DNA of 32,000 nt. Source: Synechococcus sp. A15-24. GTDB lineage: Bacteria > Cyanobacteriota > Cyanobacteriia > PCC-6307 > Cyanobiaceae. The notes beneath the pieces were generated by a model. The model saw nothing but the letters and a program-made list of their open reading frames with translations. It searched no databases and was not told the origin of the DNA. The stretch spans positions 570,001-602,000 of the forward strand of contig NZ_CP047960.1 in NCBI RefSeq assembly GCF_014280195.1, given 5' to 3'. The translations under genes were made by a program, and so were the position numbers. Each line of letters opens with the position of its first letter. The stretch's first letter is position 1. Shown in pieces: positions 26,808 to 32,000 of the stretch.

Positions 26808-27712
26808 TGTTTTTTCTTGCTTGCCAGTTTGAGAAGTCGTCGTACTACTGCAGGGAATAGCCCCTCTTTGTCAGAAGTTATGACTTCTAATTGTCTTTTT
26901 TCTTCGCTCATGTTCGTTCCGGAATCTTCAGTTACAACCTCATCATGATCACCTCTTACATTATGATCTTCTATCTCTGGCTTATTAGATATCGGTTGAA
27001 CCGATAAGGATTCTTTTAACTCCTTATTCTCTTCTACAAGCAGCGCATATTTAGCTCTTTGTTTTCTTAGAGACTTTTGTAGTCGTTCGTTTTCCCGCGC
27101 AAGGTACTCATAGTTATTTTGGATCTGTGCTAATTGATTTAAATTATTTTTCAATTCTTCAAAACTTGCTTCGCGGTCTAGGTTGACCTCCCACCAGTCC
27201 ATGAGTGCGAGATCAATCAATGAGCCTTGGCTTAACCTTTGTAGATAGTTGCTGTCAGCTTCCAGACCAAACAAGCATGATTTCAGTTCTAGATCAAGGT
27301 AAATATCGATAATTCTTGGTTCTTTTCTCGCAATCTCTAGGCTTAGTAAGCTGGAAAGGGGCTTTGGGCTAGGGAAGTTAATACTTTTGTCTAGCTGTGG
27401 ATTCTCACCATTACAAAGTCTTATGATCGATGTACTGTCAAGCGAATTCAGGCGCCAGCTTGACGAAATATGTTTGTATTTTGCAGATAACAAGGATAAC
27501 TCTTCGTAATATGCGCGAATTTCATTGCATGTTGTTGCGGTGCTTTCTTCAAGTCGTTTTTGTTCAAGCACTTGATTGGGCGCCGAATAAATTAATAGCA
27601 CATTTTGAGGTTCATTGTCAGAATTGACTGATGTAAGTGGCTTGAGTCCTGCTTTGGCTAGTTTGTCTTTTAGAGATGAAAGAATATTTGTTGTCGAATA
27701 CCAGTACTGCAT
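26804..27712 (-). CDS. Hypothetical protein with a C-terminal coiled coil, ATGA-coupled to the 979-aa glycosyltransferase
   Basis: ATG 27712 (MQYWYSTTNILSSLKDK...). It has a heptad-like stretch FEELKNNLNQLAQIQNNYEYLARENERLQKSLRKQRAKYALLVEENKELKESL. Its stop overlaps the glycosyltransferase start at 26804-26807. No family recognised. Confidence 0.6.
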   Translation of the reverse strand: MQYWYSTTNILSSLKDKLAKAGLKPLTSVNSDNEPQNVLLIYSAPNQVLEQKRLEESTATTCNEIRAYYEELSLLSAKYKHISSSWRLNSLDSTSIIRLCNGENPQLDKSINFPSPKPLSSLLSLEIARKEPRIIDIYLDLELKSCLFGLEADSNYLQRLSQGSLIDLALMDWWEVNLDREASFEELKNNLNQLAQIQNNYEYLARENERLQKSLRKQRAKYALLVEENKELKESLSVQPISNKPEIEDHNVRGDHDEVVTEDSGTNMSEEKRQLEVITSDKEGLFPAVVRRLLKLASKKKQ

Positions 27713-27738
27713 TTGATTCCTGATCCTTACACGCAGTC

Positions 27739-27744
27739 TATAAT
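27739..27744 (+). promoter_or_regulatory. Consensus -10 hexamer TATAAT in the 54-nt divergent control region
   Basis: A perfect TATAAT lies 22 nt upstream of ATG 27767. A TTGATT -35-like hexamer at 27713-27718 has a 20-nt spacer, which is longer than ideal. Confidence 0.3.
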
Positions 27745-27766
27745 GCAGAACGCTCCTGAAGCTCAC

Positions 27767-29359
27767 ATGACGTCCAGTCTATGCCTGAGTGTTTTAGTAG
27801 GCTGTCCAGTTTCACCAACGCAGCTCCCGGAAGGCCCTTGTTTGATCATTGATGCTGAGTCAATCGATAAGAAGGAATTGATTGCTCAGGAATCCTTTTA
27901 TGCACATTATCGTGAATTGTCGGCCGACGATGTAGTACTTCTCAATCAGACGGTGATATCAGAATTTGATCATCAGATTGTTGAATGGCATAACTTCTCA
28001 GACAGGCGATTCAATGGACCTTCTCAATTATCAGAGTTTTCCGAACAATATCCAAATCTAAGATTAATTGAAAGCAGGAAGATTGAAGGTATCACTCTTT
28101 CTACTGTATTGGTAGATCAAAAAATTCTATCCGATTCACTTTCAACCTTTCAGCTCATTTTACGTGAGGGTGATCCGTTAGTTGCTCTTCAAAGTGCGAA
28201 GGAGTGGTTGGCCCGATGTACTCGTATCTCTTTGCGTGGTTTAGTCACTAGCTCTAAATCTCGTGAGGCTGCTGAGGCATTTTTGGGGGCATCGGGCTTT
28301 TGCAAATCATCGGTTGATTCATGTGTATGGACTCCTGAGCTTGAGGTGTCGTCACTGCATCTATCCTTAATCAGATGTGGTTTGTTGGCCTTATTTAATG
28401 CTGATGTCTATCGAAAATTATATCCTCAGACGAAGGAAATGACAGATGTTGAGCTGATTAACCACTGGTTATCACAGCCTGATTTTCGAGAGATCGCCAA
28501 GGAGATCGACAAGAATACCCACAATTCATTAGATAGAGATGGAATATTGGCCTTATTTAATGCTGATGTCTATCGAAAATTATATCCTCAGACGAAGGAA
28601 ATGACGGATGTTGAGCTGATTGACCACTGGTTATCACAGCCTGATTTTCGAGAGATCGCCAAGGAGATCGACAAGAATACCCACAATTCATTAGATAGAG
28701 ATGGAATATTGGCCTTATTTAATGCTGATGTCTATCGAAAATTATATCCTCAGACGAAGGAAATGACGGATGTTGAGCTGATTGACCACTGGTTATCACA
28801 GCCTGATTTTCGAGAGATCGCCAAGGAGATCGACAAGAATACCCACAATTCATTAGATAGAGATGGAATATTGGCCTTATTTAATGCTGATGTCTATCGA
28901 AAATTATATCCTCAGACGAAGGAAATGACGGATGTTGAGCTGATTGACCACTGGTTATCGCAGCCTGATTTTCGAGATGTATCTAAATTAATGAATGATG
29001 CTATTCAGCGTAACCCAACTCCTCTTGCTGAATTGACGGACCAAGATCCCGTACTTCAGTTGTTGCATAATATTTTCCCTTTTGATTTTTATCGCTCTCA
29101 AAGATCAGATCTCTCACAGATCTCCAACAGAGAGTTGATCCATCACTATTGGACAAATGGGCAATATGAGGGAATTGATCTCTCGGAATCAAATGTCAAA
29201 AATGTACTCGATAAAGATCAATCTTTGCAGGTCAACCGTCTCACGACTCGTATCCATGAACTAGAGCATCTTTTATCGTGCGCCAACGCACAGATTAGTG
29301 CAATGCAGAAGTTGATTGTTAGTTCACGAGATTCGGGAGCTGCCAATGAACAAGACTGA
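27767..29359 (+). CDS. Hypothetical protein with 3.7 tandem 54-aa repeats and a C-terminal coiled coil
   Basis: ATG 27767 (alternatives at 27743 and 27713). The layout is a roughly 205-aa N-domain, then repeats of LALFNADVYRKLYPQTKEMTDVELIDHWLSQPDFREIAKEIDKNTHNSLDRDGI, a degenerate copy (FPFDFYRSQRSDLSQISNRELIHHYWTNGQYEGIDLS), and a coiled coil (RLTTRIHELEHLLSCANAQISAMQKL). Confidence 0.7.
   Translation: MTSSLCLSVLVGCPVSPTQLPEGPCLIIDAESIDKKELIAQESFYAHYRELSADDVVLLNQTVISEFDHQIVEWHNFSDRRFNGPSQLSEFSEQYPNLRLIESRKIEGITLSTVLVDQKILSDSLSTFQLILREGDPLVALQSAKEWLARCTRISLRGLVTSSKSREAAEAFLGASGFCKSSVDSCVWTPELEVSSLHLSLIRCGLLALFNADVYRKLYPQTKEMTDVELINHWLSQPDFREIAKEIDKNTHNSLDRDGILALFNADVYRKLYPQTKEMTDVELIDHWLSQPDFREIAKEIDKNTHNSLDRDGILALFNADVYRKLYPQTKEMTDVELIDHWLSQPDFREIAKEIDKNTHNSLDRDGILALFNADVYRKLYPQTKEMTDVELIDHWLSQPDFRDVSKLMNDAIQRNPTPLAELTDQDPVLQLLHNIFPFDFYRSQRSDLSQISNRELIHHYWTNGQYEGIDLSESNVKNVLDKDQSLQVNRLTTRIHELEHLLSCANAQISAMQKLIVSSRDSGAANEQD
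28385..28978 (+). repeat. Tandem direct repeat, 162-bp unit x 3.67 copies, in frame within a CDS
   Basis: Units start at 28385, 28547, 28709 and 28871. Copies 2 and 3 are identical over 162 nt. Copy 1 differs at 2 positions (one synonymous, one N/D). Partial copy 4 (108 nt) differs at 1 position. Confidence 0.97.
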
Positions 29360-30647
29360 TCAGATACTTGCCTGTCGTGTCTTGGTGAATGATTATTTAT
29401 CAGGAAGATGGCAGAATGTTATCAATACAGTCTGTTCGCTGAACGATTCAGCGGAATTTGATAACTGTTCCACTCTTCGTGACCTCGCGCGACTTCTTTT
29501 AAGTTTATCTCCTTCAGAAATTTTGAAGGAGGATTGGAAGCCTGCTTTAGTGTCGCAGCGCGCCTCTTTTACTGAAGCACGTCTTCGGTACTGCGCAACT
29601 CATTTACTTGGTGCTTGCAATAATCTTGCGTGCAGAAATGATCAACAATATAGCTACAAGCTTCAATTATTTTGCATTAGCTTAAGCGACTTGCTCAAGT
29701 CTGATGCTGATTTTATACTTGTTTCTGATATATTTTCATTTTCCGACTCTTTCATATCCCTCAGTCAAAGTATTCGTATATTCTATTTGGCTTATAGGCG
29801 TCGTTTGCATGAGTCATTTCCTCAACAGATGACGGTTGTTTTAGGGATGCACCGTAGTGGAACATCAGCGTTAACTGGACTGCTTGGTAATTTAGGCATT
29901 TCAGGACCTAAGGATCCATTAGGTGCCACGGAAAATAATCTGTTGGGATACTGGGAATCAACTTCTTTAGTTACTTCTTCTGATCGATTTTTGTTATCTC
30001 AAAATAGCCATTGGTCCCAACTTTACCACTGGTCTTTTGGTTGGTGGAAATCAGCGGCGGCTCTAGACTGGATTGATTCTTATTGGCACGATTTGCAAAA
30101 TGCTTACAATACGAATGAACACTTCGTCTTGAAAGATCCTCGCCTTTGTATTCTGCTCGAGGGCATAATTCCATGCCTAGTTGATTCGCTACTGCAGTTA
30201 GATTTTTTGTTGATATTGCGCTCTCCTGTTGAGGTTGTTATGTCCTTGTGTAAGGCAGAGGAAATTTCTCCATACGATGCTCTTAATTTGTGGATCGGAT
30301 CAGTATTTCGCGCAGAATGTAGTTCACGTCCGTATTCTCGCAATATTCTCACGTACTACCAGCTCCTTAGTAGGCCACAAACTATTTTGGATTCATTCGG
30401 CTTGAACTGGAATCAAAGCTTTATGGAATCCAGGCTTGATCAAGCAACATCCTTTTTAAAGACTTCATTGTATCGAACCAAGGTTGATAACGTAAGGGAA
30501 TCGTTCGTGGCAACAAATCCTGAGTTGACTAGTCTTCTTGTTTTGGCTGAACAGATTTTTGATTGTTTTCAACATCCAACCCCAGACATTGCTCGTACAT
30601 CAGAGAAATTAAGGTACCAGTGGGTCGAAATCTTGGCAGATCGTTAG
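29346..30647 (+). CDS. Sulfotransferase-family protein with an N-terminal domain of about 170 aa and unknown function
   Basis: ATG 29346 overlaps the upstream stop by 14 nt. The PAPS-binding-loop-like motif VVLGMHRSGTSALTGLL is followed by YWES and later FVLKDPR (3-prime-phosphate binding-like), typical of bacterial sulfotransferase-family proteins. Confidence 0.65.
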   Translation: MNKTDQILACRVLVNDYLSGRWQNVINTVCSLNDSAEFDNCSTLRDLARLLLSLSPSEILKEDWKPALVSQRASFTEARLRYCATHLLGACNNLACRNDQQYSYKLQLFCISLSDLLKSDADFILVSDIFSFSDSFISLSQSIRIFYLAYRRRLHESFPQQMTVVLGMHRSGTSALTGLLGNLGISGPKDPLGATENNLLGYWESTSLVTSSDRFLLSQNSHWSQLYHWSFGWWKSAAALDWIDSYWHDLQNAYNTNEHFVLKDPRLCILLEGIIPCLVDSLLQLDFLLILRSPVEVVMSLCKAEEISPYDALNLWIGSVFRAECSSRPYSRNILTYYQLLSRPQTILDSFGLNWNQSFMESRLDQATSFLKTSLYRTKVDNVRESFVATNPELTSLLVLAEQIFDCFQHPTPDIARTSEKLRYQWVEILADR

Positions 30648-30675
30648 CAAACTCTTCTGTAAATAACTTTGCAGC

Positions 30676-32000
30676 TTACTGTCGCTGATAGTAATCTTTC
30701 ATCCTCCTGAAATTGGACCTCAGTTCAATTCCTTGCATAACGCTTTCTGGTGAAGTGTTGAAACTAAAATTTTCATGAATCTTTGTTAGATTTGGATTGT
30801 AAAATAAATCACTTGGTAGTTCCCCATTACTTTGAATGTCGTATTGATTTAGCATGAAGTTTATCTCTCTCTTGAACCGTTCTTTCTTCTCGGGAGAGTC
30901 CTCAGCTCCGCGGGATATTGATTCGTGGTGAAACAGCTCAGCATACGGGGTGAAAATATTTCGATATCCTCTTCCGTGAACCCTTATGCAAAAGTCGACA
31001 TCGTTAAATGCGATTGTGAGGTCTTGTTCATTGAGGCCGCCGACTTCGTTGAAAATTTCTCTGCGAATTGCGAGACATGCTGCAGTTACTGCTGTCATCT
31101 GTTGTACATATTGAAGCCTGTCGACATAACCAGGACTATCTCCCGGAAAGTATTTATGGGCATGACCGGCGACTTGGCCAATTCCAATAACTACGCCTCC
31201 ATGCTGAATAGTCCCATTTGAATAGTATAACTTTGCACCGACACATCCAACGTCTGGCCTTGAAGTGTGGGAAACAATTTCTTGGAGCCATTCGCCAGAT
31301 ATGACCTCGACATCATTATTGATCAAAGTAACAACATCTGCTTTTGATTGTCGGACTGCATAATTATTGATGGCCGAGTAGTTGAACTTCTTGTTGTATT
31401 TTATTATATTTATTTTTTCGCCATGCGCCCTCTTCAGTTTTTTGAATAGATTCTTCGTGGCGACTTCTTGGCTCTGGTTGTCAACAATTGTGATTGTGTA
31501 GTTCGTGTATGTCGTCTTGGCAATGATTGAATCCACTGCGAGATTCAATACCTCTGCTTGATCTCTAGTGGGGATGATGAGCTCAACAGATGGTGGCTTC
31601 TCTGATGTATGCCACTGGCAGGTGAATCGGTTCCTGGCCTTGATTCGGGCTGTCGCCCTTACGCCTCCACGTCGATGCTGCTCGTCTAGGAAATTCTGGA
31701 CTGCCTTGTGACCGCTTTCAGTTGTGTAATCCTTGCTGTCTGGGTTGCTGGCGGTTGATTCGGAATGTGCTCGCCAGTGGTACAAGACTCTAGGGATGTG
31801 AATAATTTGGTCCGGGGAAGATTCCAGGACAGTTCTGAGTGCAAGATCGTGATCTTGGCTTCCCTCGAAGCCAACTCGGAAGCCACCAATTTGTTTGAGG
31901 ATCTCCCTTCTGTAAACACCCAAGTGTGAGATAAAATTGTATGACAATAAAAGATCAATGTTAAAAGCTGGCTTGAAGTGTGGGCATGAACGCATTCCAT
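30676..32000 (-). CDS. Tandem-GT2 glycosyltransferase, N-terminus beyond the window edge
   Basis: The visible N-terminal part is the tail of one GT2 domain (GGFRVGFEGSQDHDLALR...IHIPRVLYHWR). A complete second GT2 domain follows (VELIIPTRDQAEVLNLAVDSI...ITIVDNQS...LINNDVEV...GTIQHGGVVIGIG...FNDVDFCIR). The frame is still open at 32000. Confidence 0.85.
   Translation of the reverse strand, partial: GMRSCPHFKPAFNIDLLLSYNFISHLGVYRREILKQIGGFRVGFEGSQDHDLALRTVLESSPDQIIHIPRVLYHWRAHSESTASNPDSKDYTTESGHKAVQNFLDEQHRRGGVRATARIKARNRFTCQWHTSEKPPSVELIIPTRDQAEVLNLAVDSIIAKTTYTNYTITIVDNQSQEVATKNLFKKLKRAHGEKINIIKYNKKFNYSAINNYAVRQSKADVVTLINNDVEVISGEWLQEIVSHTSRPDVGCVGAKLYYSNGTIQHGGVVIGIGQVAGHAHKYFPGDSPGYVDRLQYVQQMTAVTAACLAIRREIFNEVGGLNEQDLTIAFNDVDFCIRVHGRGYRNIFTPYAELFHHESISRGAEDSPEKKERFKREINFMLNQYDIQSNGELPSDLFYNPNLTKIHENFSFNTSPESVMQGIELRSNFRRMKDYYQRQ

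Larger units (their letters stand above)
21639..32000. other. Low-GC surface-polysaccharide genomic island; the right end lies beyond the window
   Basis: Composition drops immediately after the stop at 21638. Hand-counted lines give 43% (22081-22140), 53% (23101-23160), 37% (25381-25440) and 37% (27001-27060), against 60-70% in the core. All genes are glycan export or synthesis types. Confidence 0.8.

Noticed and set aside
27794-27805. A lipobox-like LVGC near the N-terminus of the repeat protein (MTSSLCLSVLVGC).
   Set aside because: The putative signal peptide has no basic n-region and only a very short hydrophobic core, so a lipoprotein call is not supportable by eye.
28385-28978. A regularly spaced repeat array that could be mistaken for a CRISPR array.
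   Set aside because: The units are directly abutting 162-bp copies with no unique spacers. They are in frame within a long ORF, and no cas genes are present.

Overview
This window is best explained as a marine picocyanobacterial chromosome, Synechococcus-like. Supporting signs are a split rpoC2, an HLIP gene, ycf35, a BioK-type biotin operon, and a core that is roughly 60-70% GC in hand-counted lines. All family assignments come from motifs read by eye; no searches were run.

Core genes, in order:
- rpoC2 3-prime end, a 50-aa HLIP gene missing from the ORF track, rlmN, and an SSS-family symporter.
- A HEAT-repeat protein.
- A translationally coupled cassette of DUF2997, Ycf35, a 4Fe-4S ferredoxin and an aldo/keto reductase.
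- rsmG, a J-domain membrane protein, and a DUF3143-like ORF.
- bioA, then a bioF-bioK-bioC-bioD operon chained by ATGA overlaps, with a 51-aa membrane micro-ORF at its end.
- A BASS transporter, a Ski2-like helicase, fumC, and a DUF1997-like ORF.

Two low-GC accessory segments interrupt the core:
- A small islet at 4384-6260 holds a catalytically degenerate KpsT-like ABC ATPase and a sulfotransferase-like gene.
- A large island runs from 21639 to the window end. It holds kpsM and kpsE, a 979-aa three-domain glycosyltransferase (GT2-like, GT2, RgpF-like), a coiled-coil protein, a protein with 3.7 near-identical 162-bp tandem repeats, a sulfotransferase, and a tandem-GT2 enzyme cut by the window edge.

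Together these look like an uncharacterised ABC-transporter-dependent, probably sulfated, surface-glycan system. It may include a ruler or chain-terminator module.

I found no rRNA, tRNA, CRISPR array, transposase or integrase.
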